Origin: Psilocybe cubensis
Lineage: Eukaryota
Assembly: GCA_017499595.2 (NCBI GenBank)
Contig: CM039005.1
Span: 2,852,001-2,916,000 of the forward strand
Length of the DNA stretch: 64,000 nt
Direction: 5' to 3'
Part shown: one piece after another, positions 1-12,449 of the stretch
Layout: the number at the start of each line of letters is the position of its first letter
Position numbering within the stretch: the stretch's first letter is position 1
The notes under the pieces: model-generated
Seen by the model: only the letters and a program-made list of their open reading frames with translations
Databases searched by the model: none
Told to the model about the DNA's origin: nothing
Made by a program: the position numbers and the translations under genes

Positions 1-394
1 TTCCTCCTTCAATCTCAAAGTAATCCCATTCTCTGCATAATCTCCCGCCCGCCCGTCAGAAGCACTTCCATGCTACGACCAGCCCCGAATTCCCCCGAAG
101 CATGCATGCAAATGGGGGTCTAGGCAGCTGTAGCTCCCGGAATGCCGCCATCTGTCGAGTGGGCGGCGATCTATCTGCACTCCAAATCCCAATCATGGCT
201 GGCGACTATGCTTGCTCTTTTCCGTATCACACTCGCTCACAGTTTTGCACAGTAGCGACTCGCAAGGACGCGGGGGCGGACCAGGGTAAGTAGGCATTGT
301 GGTCATGTTACCCAATAGAAGCTTCGTTGAAAAAGCCCCGCCTTTGCACGCTGTTATTTCCCATCAACCTACCATGTTTTTATCCCTCGTCTAC

Positions 395-530
395 TCTAAT
401 ATCCTCGAACTATCTCGAAGGAGCGACGTTGAAGTAATATGACTCTTACATACGTGCTCATTCTAATATCCTCGAACTATCTCGAAGGAGCGACGTTGAA
501 GTAATATGACTCTTACATACGTGCTCATTC
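395..530. repeat. Perfect tandem duplication of a 67-bp unit (2 copies)
   Basis: tctaatatcctcgaactatctcgaagg...catacgtgctcat occurs identically at 395-461 and 462-528. Confidence 0.95.
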
Positions 531-1640
531 CTTCTCGCTAGCATCCTCAAGTCCCATATCTGTCTGTTAGAAACACCTTCCAAGGAGAATCATAACGCGC
601 GCAATAACGGATACAAAGAATCTTTATTTATCCAGAAACATTAAATACAGATGTTATCCGATTTTTCACGACGAATTGATATCATCACCTGGTTCACCAT
701 GTCCTTCTTTTTCACTTACGTCGCATCTTCTATCATTCCTTTGATGGGATAAGGACGCATATGTCCAATTAACGTACATATAGTCATTTTCTATCCATCA
801 CTATGTCAACATGGAACCCCTGTGCACTGCAAGGGGAGTGTTGGATCCGTCATATATTGGACTCTGCTGCTCGCCTTTGCCTTCGCGCATCTGTACACGC
901 GTCTGTTGATCTCATAAAGTACATCTATATTTTCGTGCACCGTTCCTAATTTCAGACGTTTTCCTGCCATTTTACTACCTGCCTTTTTATTTTCATCGTC
1001 ATCTGTGTATCACAGGCGTCTGATGATCACTTTCGTGCATCAAAGCCATACAATTGACCCATCCCTCCCGTAGACCTCATTCCGAACTCCGAAAGAGTAT
1101 TTATAAGTTCTGAATTAACATAGAAGGCTGGTATTATAAGTCTTTCGGTGATTTCCTGATTCCTCTTTCCTTTCCTCCTTTTTTGAATCAATCAATCGAT
1201 ATTCGTTTGTATTTTTGGGTGCAGTGTCAAGGGCTATACGCTTTGGAGCTTTCTTTGATAGTTTCTGCATTGCGCCGCGGCAAGAGCATCATCAGAAGTA
1301 CACAATATCAGAAACGTTCAACAGCTTGAAGAATAGCAAGGCTTCGTAAGGCATCGTGTGTTTCTTTATCACAACCAGGAGTATTGATTAATCAAAATGT
1401 TATCTTTATCATCTTTCATAGCATTCACAGTCCACACTAGGGATGGGAAACTGATGTCCTGAATTACACTACTATTACCCACATTTCTCGCATTCCTTCT
1501 GAGGGAAATCATGATGGTTAAAGATGAGATATCCGATATGCCCTTCCATGATACATGTAAGTACCGCATGCAATGGAACTTGGTCAAGTATAAATCACTT
1601 TTACCCAAACTCCCTCAGGATTAGTGACGCCCTCACGGAG

Positions 1641-3344
1641 ATGACATCCTCCACTGTCCCATCTTCTTTAGATGAATACATTCAAACGTTGAACATTGCG
1701 CAGTTCTACAAGATTACAGAATGTAAGCTGTTCCATATTGATCCCGTACAGAGCCTCTCATTTGCCACGATTCTTTGATAGTGTCAGCATATTGCATCAT
1801 CTTATACGACTATGGTGAGCAATATCATCCGCAAACGTCATTTTATAATGTATACTGATGTTAGTTTTGGGAAGTCATCACCCTTGATAAGGAGGCAAGT
1901 CCACAAACTTACCGTTGCAGATTATCGCGTATTCACTATGTTCATTGATACAGAGAACATTCCTATGGGTACGTGTTTACACGGCACTAAAAGATGGCAT
2001 TCCTAACCTAACACGTGGTTTACGGATACACAACTTTAGAACAGGCCAGTTAATTTCGCAAAAGTTGTGTTCTTCTTGGTGAGTAACCGAAATAACACAA
2101 AGAAAATGGCATTAATCATACATAGAATCGCTACTTCTTATTGGGATGTGTGATGTGAGTTACAAAATGTTTTCTTTCCCGTAAATTGACTGACGCCGCT
2201 TCAACAAGCTTCCTGCTTTACTGTAATGACTGTTTTGTATTGCATTTGTGATGCTCTTGCTTACGATTATCGGTTATAATTAGCCACATTTTCTCCCAAC
2301 TTCAATTCCCAGGTAGGTGCATTACTTCCAAGTACTCAGACTACATTGTAGTTCTGATTATGATTCTATGTATAGCTGTAAGGAGTTCTCTCGCAGTATA
2401 GCTTAGCATTAAAGCTGAAATCCTGACGGTTTCCAACCTTATTTAGATGTGAGTAGTGACTACCAGAGAACGTATACATGCGCACGGCAGCTGATGTTAA
2501 TCAGGCTCGCATATCTTGCCTTTGGAGGTGTGGTTATCCATTGGGGGAGCAATTCTCACACAAGGTGTGTGCTTTTTTGTGTAGCCACTATTGATTGATT
2601 CAAACCATGGCTCACAAATTTCCAGCGATCATGCAGATACGAATATACGCCATGTACTCAAAAAGTAACGCAATCCTGGCAGTTATGTTGCCTTTTTACG
2701 TGCTCTCCATCATGGCGTCAATGTGGATGACGATTAGGAGCACCACTATGGAAAACACAAGTTCGCTAGGTCTTCTCTTCTGTTGAGGTTTTTCCACTGA
2801 CTGCGGTAACAATAATTTGAAGATCACACTATCATAGCGTTACCAATTAAAGGGGGATTCTTCTGTGCCGTTGTTAACCCTCCCGTCACTCAATATACAT
2901 ATTGGCTTCCAAGCTTCATATACGTATGCTTCTTATGCGGCCTCGTCATTAAAAAGGGGATCCAGCATCTAAAATCCCACGGATCACATTACTTTACCAC
3001 CTCACGACTCATATACATTGTCGTAGGGGATTCAGTATTTTATTTCATTCTGTGAGTTGAACAATGCATTTAGAAGCAGCCTCAGCTCATTCCCACGTCT
3101 GATTTGATATAGAATTGCCATGCTATATGTAGCATGTATAGTGCTATGGGCTACTAACGTGGTAGGATTATCCTATACACATAAAATTACAGAGTGACAG
3201 GCTAATAAAATGGGTATTTAGGAGAGATTAACTGCTCCAATATCATTTCAGGTTGCAATATCCTCAACACTGTGCAATCGGATGATATTTAGACTCCACG
3301 ATGTATATGGCCAAGATCGCATATCAGTCCATTCTAGGCAGTAA
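1641..3344 (+). CDS. Multi-exon multi-pass membrane protein, DUF6533-type (agaricomycete GPCR-like family)
   Basis: Short GT-AG introns separate exons encoding AYCIILYDY, NRPVNFAKVVFFL/NRYFLLG, IMQIRIYAMY, IVVGDSVFYFI and VAISSTLCNRMIFRLH...SRQ* (TAA 3342-3344). These match the LYDY..W..K..F..NRY, LR.YA.Y and RD...YF pattern of this family. Internal exons were not all resolved. Confidence 0.75.
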
Positions 3345-3860
3345 GAGTATTCAAGAATCATCCCTTTAGTACATCCATTTGAATAGACGATAGGTGCATG
3401 TAAAATTTCCATCGTTCAATACACAACTGGTAGATAGACTCATCACGGTGTATGTATGTCACGTTCAAAATGCCAACTTTGCAATTCAGAAACACTCACC
3501 GCTGAAGTGGTAGATAAAGGGCTTCTGATTGTATGCGTCCCGAAGCGGTAGAGAAGAAAGATAAGATCTTTACACAGGACAAATTTTGGGCTCACCGAAA
3601 ATGCCAGATGCATGTCACCGCCGTCAGAAGCATGAAATCTTTTCCGACACACCAATTAGACAGATGCCGATTGTTCAACCATCAAGATTTTTGCTCGCTA
3701 TTCGACTGAGTCATAATGATTTAGAAGTTCCTTCTACCTCCTTACCTCCATAATGAGGTTACAGAGGTTAAAATCTGCTTGATTTGAGTGGCTAGTTTTG
3801 TGAAACATGTACCCTCCGGCATCCAAGTAAGCAGCCTGGCGCTCGCCCTCCATCTTTCAT
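3294..3860 (+). repeat. Segment duplicated at ~9047-9660 (last exon and 3' flank of the DUF6533 gene)
   Basis: gatgtatatggccaagatcgcatatcag... is nearly identical at 3300 and 9053. ORFs 3443-3655 and 9201-9413 are near-identical. Confidence 0.9.
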
Positions 3861-5348
3861 CCGGACCCTCAACACCAAAACAGAACCTGAAGTTGACAAT
3901 TCCCACACTCAATGACACAAAGTAGGCATGAATGGTGAAGACACACGGGAAAAGGCAGCTTCAAGCATTCGGAACAGCTGAAGTGGTACGGGAAATGGTG
4001 GACCAAAATATATGCATCAAAAAATGAATCAAAAACCAATAAAAAGCGCATATACTTACATGTACATGCTTTCAAGTCTGTATCCAAGTGTCTGGTTGTT
4101 TGGGACCTTTCACAAGTAATGTTAGTAGTGTAAAGCACACTAAATAGAGACTAAAATACTGACCCTTCATCCAAGTGTTCAAGATAGTTGGTCCTAGTAT
4201 GTGGTGAGTACTGATGAGCACCGAGTGAGAATTATCTATTACTCACCAAAAAAGTATAATCTACTAACTTGTTTTGGTTAAAGGAAGATGTGTATGATGT
4301 TAGTTCGAGGAGGAGACATTAATTTACAAAGATGAATACACGTACCTTGCCCCCATGTATATCCGTGGGCAGAGGATTGTGGTGGTTAGAAAAAAGCAAA
4401 CAAAGTGGACGTGATTTGCTTGCAGCGGGACTTCAAGTGAGTTCAGGCTCCGCTTGATTTGATTTTGGAGCTCCGATATCTGCTGATTTTGTTTGACCGT
4501 GCACGCACACTAGTCCGATATTGCATGCGCTTTCAATGTACACACATAACATGTCCCTACTACTATACTCAAATGAATAAAAATTTAAATTGAATAATTA
4601 TGACCACTTTCTAACCTAATAAAACTATTGCTTGACATTGTAAACTGGGCCCCAAAAATTGGGTGGATTTGTAAGACTAAAAAATTATTGTATTGGTTTA
4701 CATTGTATTGTAATCTACTGCCTATTTAGTTGATGGCAACAGGGAATAGAGACCTAAGATAGAAAGTATATCAAATATATGGAAAGGAAAATAAGATATT
4801 GATAAAAAAGAAAAGAAGATAGTTGGAAGCCGGAGCCGAAGGAAAATGAACCAAAGAAGAATAGAACCGAACTCAGGCATAAAAGAGTATACCGCCAGAA
4901 GTCCTGTAGCGCGGAAAAACGGCGACAACCGAGATGATTCGCAGCAAGGTGTGATGATGTACCCGAGATCAGAGAGTCCACAGAAAGAGTGAGTAGGAAG
5001 GAGGAAAAGATCGCACATCCTGGGCCGCATTCAAGGTAGCACTCGTCAGCGCTACCTCTCATGCACGCGACTGGCCACTGCAGCGTCGGCTTTGCTGTAA
5101 TGTCCAGAATGCTCGTCAACATTCTGGGCATCACAGCAAAGCCCACCCTACAATGGACACGGCGAATCACTGTCTCGTCAGACAGCGACCCACCACAGTC
5201 AGCACCCAGGAAGTGGACAAAAGGGGTAAAGGGGGTAGTGAGAGTGGACGGTGATAATCTTGGGCACGTCGGAAGTGCTTGCTGCAAAGTCTGGTTCTCG
5301 TCGTCGTTTTGGGTCTACATTGCACTTGAGGACATTTTGTGTGATGGC

Positions 5349-7714
5349 TTAGACATCCTCAGTGGGCAGAGGCTGGGCCTGGGAGTAATCCTCAGTGGAC
5401 TGAGGCTGGGAGTCATGCACAGTAGGCTGAGGCTGGGCCTGGGAGTCGTCCACAGTAGGGTCATCCACAGTAGGCTGAGGCTGAGCCTGGGAGTCATCTT
5501 GAGTGGGCTCAGGCTCGGCCGGGGGTTGAATCTTCTTCTTGGGACGGCAACGCTTGCGGCGGCGGACGCGACCTCCATCTCGGAGCTCAATCTGGGAGAC
5601 AGAGACCCCAGCTTGATGATGGGTGGGGTCTTGCAAGGGGCGCCAAACCACCATTGTGGTGCAAGCATTAGAGGGCTGTAGACATTCACATATAAATAAA
5701 TATGTATAGCCATAACAATGTTATCAAACATACCAAAGATCCCTCGGGTACACCGACTGATCCATCGGGCTCACCGACCTCGCTGGCTTCAATCATTGGG
5801 ATCCTCAAGGGAGTATACTAATGTGAAGCAAATAATGATCAGTATATTGTTGGCCCAAAATAAAGCAAAACATACCACAACAAGAGTGCCGACCGTCGGC
5901 TCCTCTTCAATAACCTCCCGAATACCCTCGTCCAAGGCAGCGACAACCTGACCATGCTGCTCCTCCTCGCGAAGTGGAACACCGACCTCGTTGTTGATTG
6001 GGTCAAGACCAGCGAGGATATCCTGTTCATCCTCTTCCTCATTGCGGGGAACGACAGTGACAGGGTGCTCCTCGACGACTCGGTCAAGGCCCGCGAGAAT
6101 GTCCTCGCTGTCTTCGTCGACGACGGCCTCGATGTCCGCGTTAGAGCGTGCTTCGACTTTGACTTCACCATTGGCCTGCTCGAGGGTGCTTGAGACTTCC
6201 TCGACGGGGGTGAGAATGTCGATGGAGCTGGTGGTATTGTTGTCGGTCCAGAGGTCCTCCTGAGAGGCAAGGGGTGCAAGGGGTGCAAGAGGTGCAATCG
6301 GCTGGGTAACTTCCTCGGCCACAATATCCTCCAGGGACCCAACGAGTGTCGTCTCAGTTGGCCCCTCCAAGATGTCTGCAGTAAGTGTAGGACCATCAGA
6401 GATGCCCGACCTATTATCCTGCATCAATCCACCTAATTCCAATAGGTCGTTCACCTCCTCGATGAAGGCGGTGGACTCCTCTTCAAATCCTTCGACGACG
6501 ACTCCATCAAGCACAGTGAATCCCCAGAGGCGCAGCTGCCTTCGGACGAAGGAGTGCTCGTTGAAATCGAGACGAGAGAGCTCGAGGGAGGGTTCGGAGT
6601 ATTTGTCGGGCTGAAAAGGGAGGTTGGCCTCGAAGCTGGTGTTGTAGAATGTGTCCCGTTCGATTCCCGCGACCTCGGTGCTGGTGGAAAGCGTGGACAC
6701 GAGGTCCACGGCACCCTCGTTGATGTTCTTGTCTTCATCTTCATCCTTGCCATCAAGGAAAGACGCGGGGACGAAAGTCTATAAAAAGCATACTCAATAT
6801 AAAAAGGTTACATAAGAGATGTATGTCACATACCTGTTTCTTTTCAACCTTTGTCCCACAGCCGAACGCGAGTCCGTTTTTGTGCAAGAATGACATCACA
6901 GACATAACAAGTATGGTGCAGAGGGTGAACAGGAAGTTTTCAATAAGGAGGATATAGAAAATAAGAAGAATGCGGTAGACGGCATCGATGAGGATACGGA
7001 AGGCGATGTTGGTTGGAGATCGGTATGGCATTCTCGATGTAGAGGACTCGAACCTCTTCTTCAGAGTGGAACTGACAGTTTCTGAAAGTTTAGAGGCGAA
7101 ATATTGAGCCTCTTCTTCTACAGGGGAACCTGTTTCAATGAATACTGTGGGCTCTGGCGAAGGACCCAATGCCACTTCTTCGACTTGAGGTTTGATAGTG
7201 AGTACCTCTTTTGGAGGCGGGATAATTTTTTTGGTGAATGTATCGGGCCCGCCGACTGGGCACTGACTGGTGGGGAACGCATAGACTGGGCACGCGTTCT
7301 TGAGAAGCTTGATGGGTTCCCTTCTGCCCTTGTTCTTTGCCTTTCTTGCCTTTAGTCGAAGGCGGTATATGATGGCTGCAATGCCCATAGGGATTGATGC
7401 CAGTAGAAGGAATAGCCATAGCTTGAAAACCGACAGCGGGGTTGGGTCGTCGTTGACCTCAGAACCAGGCGAGGGTGGTGGCGGTGGTGGCGGGGGTGGT
7501 GGTGCATTTACTGGCTCCCCGCCTTTGCGGTTGGGAGAAGATTCTTTGAGAGAATAAGTGTTTGTGACTACAATATATATCGAAGTACTCACCACCCTTT
7601 GCATCGCCTTCGCCAATTGAGCACGGCGTTGCAGATGGCGCCTCCGACGAAGGCCAGTGGGGGGCCAACGGCGAGGTTGAAAAAGTTGGTAGATACGGCG
7701 ATGAGAGCAGCCAT
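5349..7714 (-). CDS. Multi-exon hypothetical membrane protein with poly-Pro tract, hydrophobic segments, long acidic region and C-terminal QAQPQPTVDDS-like repeats
   Basis: ATG at 7714 (MAALIAVSTNFF...). Long exon ORFs 6753-7616 and 5789-6709 join in frame across a GTATGT..TAG intron (KKQ/TFVPASFLDGKDEDE). The last exon contains ~33-bp coding repeats (5370-5510). The 3' exon phase is less certain. Confidence 0.6.
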
Positions 7715-8559
7715 ATTATCAAAGAGATGCTTGAACAATTGTTTGCGTATGAGATTGCTGAGATGGCTTGATTGTTATCATAGTGACGAAGGAGGGATTC
7801 AGCAAAAGTCCGTCTTTTATATGCTGCCCCCTTGTACGTGCGAGCGAATTTGTAACATATATATCTCAGCCACCGATCGTTACCCACCCATTTCAACCAC
7901 CGATTTCCAGTCATACTGTAAGCCTTGCGTAGCTCTTGCACCAAGATAAAGATCGACTAGATTGAGGACATTCAATTTTATAGAATGGTTCGCTGTTGCG
8001 TTTTATTGCACTGGCCATTTAACAGACAAAGATCCATCATGCGGAGCCAGGATCGCCTGCCACAATTGTTTTCTTTTTGAAGCCTATAGCATTCTAGTAA
8101 AACATAAGAGTCAATATTGTTCAATTACATGTTGTCTTGGGGCAAGGATGATGTTGTACTGCACACCTTGTTTTCGAAGAGGTGGGAAACAAAGTGAGTG
8201 AATACGCAGGTACTGCACAGTTTTATTGAAGAAAACAATAAAATCAAGAAATGTTGATGACTTACCTTGTGCAATGAAATTGTCAAGTTCACTAATAGCA
8301 GAACCTTGTTGGACATGGACATTTCGATGGAGTCGGAGACGCCCTCAGGGTGTCAGTACAACGGCTTGGATACATTGATTATTGGCATCATGGTAGGTCA
8401 ACGATAGAGAGTTCCGCTGGCACAAAGCATAGCGTTTGACATAAAAGCTGCCTGAACATCTGGCATGGCTAGGAGAAAGCTTGAAAAAAATCGTACGACG
8501 TTGAAGTTGAAGTTTTGTATTGATCACGTGTGTTTACCCCACTGCAAACCGGCATCGGA

Positions 8560-11500
8560 AAAACATGAGATTGTAGATGGTGAGCCTTTGCCGTTTAACA
8601 TTCCAGCACCGTTTCGCTATCACCAGTTCAAACCGAAACACCTCATCACTATGTCGAAAAATTTTTTATATTTGAATAATTCAATACATATGTTTTGAAC
8701 AGAAATGCTTGTTTTGAATCTTGAGTTATAGTAGGAAAACACAACTTTATTCCTGTTGGACCTCAGTTGTGTATGTTAACGCTCAGGCATTACTGTAAGT
8801 CAGCAGCTTCCAAGAGGTAGCGTTCTGAACAACCTTCACGCTATGTGCTTTAAATATTAGCAACAGAATCTGCTTGTTGTTTGTTACTACGTGTTTCAAT
8901 AGTCACAAAATCAGAGTTAGATAAAGAAGTACCTATCTGCCTTTGAGGTACGATGGGAATCCAGTACGATTTACTGTAGGAGTTCCTTAGAAACAGAGTC
9001 AACAAAGAATCTAGTCCCTTGATCGGCCATCAACCTCATCCAACACCTCCATGATGTATATGGCCAAGATCGCATATCAGTTCATTCTAGACAGTAAGAG
9101 TATTCAAGGATCATCCCTCTAGGACATACATTTGAATAGTCGATGGGTGCATCTAAAACTTTCGATCGTTCAATACACAACGGGTAGATAGATAGGCTCA
9201 TCACGTTGTATGTATGTCAAGCTCACAATGCCAACTTTGCAATTCAGAAACACTCACCGCTGAAGTGGTAGATAAAGGACTTCTGATTGTATGCGTCCCG
9301 AAGTGGTAGAGAAGAAAGATAAGATCTTTACACAGGACGAATTTTGGGCTCACCGGAAATGCCAGACGTATGTCACCGCCGTCAGAAGCATGAAATCTTT
9401 TCCGACACACCAATTCTTTTATCAGACAGATGCCGATTGTTCACCCATCAAGATTTTTCCTCGCCACTCGACTGACTCATAATGATTTAAAAGTTCCTTC
9501 TACCTGCGGAATCGGAGCATATACATGCTATGAAAACCAAAGTGACCTTACCTCTACAATGAGGTTACAGAGGTAACACTCTGCTTGATTTGAGTGGCTA
9601 GTTTTGTGAAACACGTACCCTCCGGCATCCAAGTAAACAGCCTGGCGCTCGCGCTCCGTCCCTCAACTAGAATAGCGTGCACCGCACTTCGTGGCATGTG
9701 CGTGTCTGGATTCCCCTTTAATTTGTGTGTACATTGTCGCAGTTACATTCGGAAGACGTCGGATGACGGATCTTGCACCCGAGGATGTGGAATGTGAACC
9801 AAAACCGAGGTTCCATGCCACGAGGTGTTATCTTGCGGTTCTTAGTGTGTCCTAAATCACCCAAAAGACGCAAAAATAAAATGCAGTGCAACGTCCTGGC
9901 AATGTATATAACATTCACGATCGCGTTTCGCTGGGGGGTTGGGCCAGTGTATGCCTGTAGGGAAAAGGGCAGTTGTACTTCAGGGAGTCGGATGTCGCGT
10001 GTTGTTCCACTGTTCCATTTTATTTAAAGAAAACGTCTACAAGTGACCTGTTCAAATATCATTATCCTGTATTCGAAGAATAGCGAAATGCAGCCATCAT
10101 CTTACCCATACTCGTATCCCTTGTCCATCGTTTCCCCCTTCACGGATTCCAGCACATCTAGAATGTCTGCGTTTCACGATACACCCCGAAACTACCCAAA
10201 TGATTCACATCAAGTCAACGGAGAGGACTCAAATCAACCCAACGGTGAGAAGCATGCCGGTCACTCATCGATGAGCTATTCACAATGATTTACAAGATCT
10301 GACGTCTTCTACAGATTTTATGGCATTCCTAGACTTTGGTATCAGCGACAATGACCCCAGTGTTAACCCTGAGGACATACTGTCCACAGGCCCCGCGTTT
10401 GATCCAGATCTTCTGGATTCATTGCATTCATCGCTCAACATCCCTAGTTTGAGCGGAAACCTTCATAATGAGCTGTCGTATGATAAGCCAACTCCACAAG
10501 CTGTTGCGTTCGCGCCAGCAATATTCCCTGCGCACGCTTTAAACACCGGAGTTGCGCCTGCGTTATTGAGATGTGATGATGGGCTCAGCACATGGATGCT
10601 ACAGCATCCTGCCGAGAGCACAGGGATATTCCGGGTCCCAGATATTGCTGGGGAAGCACTCAGTGAGAGGGACAGCAAAGCGGGGGATGGTTCAACCCGT
10701 CGCACTCCCAAAGGCAAGGCGAAGGCGACGTTGGTCAGCAAGAGCCGCCGCCATAATCCTTATCAAGCACCCAGGAGTCCTCCAATACCGCGGACGCGTA
10801 CGGAAGAGAGGAACTCCGACGATAGCAGCACATTTGAAGGTATGGACGTATTGGACAGGATTTTAAATCCACCGTTTAACCCTCAACATTCCCGTACTTC
10901 AGCTGTAGAGCTGGAGATTCCACAAAAATTAAATTTCCAACAGCCCAATAACAACGACAATAGCTCCGGTAATAACACCGTAGAGCGAGTCAGTCGAGGT
11001 GGGAGCCTTGCAACGGCTGTTCGAAGGTAAATTTTGTGTCTCCGGCTCTCGATGAAAGGGAATTGATGAATGGTTTATTAGAAGCAGCATCAAAAAGTCA
11101 TCACAGAATCTCGCACACTGTGATGACTCCCAGCCACATTTGAGGGGCGCAAGAAAAGGCGTTCAGACGGCTAAATGTCACAGCAGCCGCGATAAAGGCC
11201 TGAGGTATGTGGTGACATTGTTGTGCGCATGATATATATATAATTTGGTGCATTCTGCAGACTTAAACAGAACATAGGGTCACTGGACCCACTGACTGTG
11301 TCCGGAAATGGCGATGGGGTCGGGCATATACCAGGCGATAGAGGCGAAGTGAAAAAAAAGGGGAAACAGGGCAAGCGATATGATCGCCTGCTATTCCACA
11401 ACCAGGCGCCCGAACCACAGAGGAATGTGGAGCACGGAGAATATTTGAAAGAAAGAGCGCGATCTGACCAAATACTGATGTTAGACCACAGACAATATCC

Positions 11501-12160
11501 AAGTGAGTACTCACTCATGTATCCATGATCCCCGATCCTAAGCTGACTATCTCCCAAGTCATTCCATAGTCGAGGATGCCTCGGAAACAATCCAGTCGAA
11601 GGAAAGAAGGTAGGGGGGAAAGATATGGGTAGTTGTGTTATACTGGCGCGTCATCGGTATCAACAGATGTTGTACAGGATTAAAGATGTTATCTATAATG
11701 CATAATTTTTGAAATCGATTGATACTCTAAACCGTGAGACTTTTTGGATTTGAAATAGATTCCAACTTCAAGTCGGCTTGTTTGCACGCACACAATACAT
11801 TATATGAAAGCCGACTCTGACAATCCCTAAAAATCTATATGAGCTTGGAACTATGCTTCTGGGAATTTTATACGATACCATGCACCCTGCACGTCATCGT
11901 AAGTCTCGTTGGGGTAACGGACTGCAACCGGCAACCAACCGAACAGCTTGAGCCTGCCGGACGGCTCGACGTGATGAATCAATCGGAGTAAAATCGGAGT
12001 CGAGAAGTGTCAACTGTCGGATCAGCCAAGAACAGCCTGAGGCCAGCAGAATTTTGATGATCACCCAAACTCTGTGTCGAGATGGCGGCCATGCTGGTAT
12101 ATTGTTCAACTAGGCCTTCTCATATCTTCGTTGAGGGCCGAAATATCAAAATATTGAGGG
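8560..12160 (+). repeat. Tandem segmental duplication, copy A (copy B ~12450-15930)
   Basis: aaaaacatgagatt.tagatggtgagccttt starts both copies. Upstream region, gene 5' end and 3' flank align, while the central exon has diverged. Confidence 0.9.
10088..11528 (+). CDS. Orphan, probably disordered Ser/Pro-rich protein (family member 1)
   Basis: Exon ORFs 10043-10288, 10320-11030 (ending ATAVRR/gtaa) and 11298-11528 have splice signals. TATTTAAA lies upstream at ~10021. Confidence 0.55.
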
Positions 12161-12449
12161 AGAAGGGCAATGTAGAATGGTACTTGCTCAGCTATTTGTG
12201 AGATATGCCTCGACAATAACACCGGCATCTGCCCGTGCCCCTCCGGTTTCCTTTAGGGCGGATCTGTAATGGCTATCTCGACTGGATATATAATTTCACA
12301 CTACTCATGGGCAATAAACACTGTACGCCTGACGTGACATCAGCCGTCTTTATTGCACCAACCACTTTCATGCCCGTTCCTGCTCCATCCGACGACAGGT
12401 GCTTGTAAATACCAACGTATTTCCATTGACGGCCCATATTCCCTACATA

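Noticed and set aside
5061-5681. 206-aa plus-strand ORF with LRLGLGV repeats
   Set aside because: Antisense shadow of the repetitive last exon of the minus-strand gene.
3860-8560. Possible inserted element between duplicated blocks, with a 9-bp stem at 4202-4248
   Set aside because: No TIR, TSD, Helitron terminus or transposase was found.
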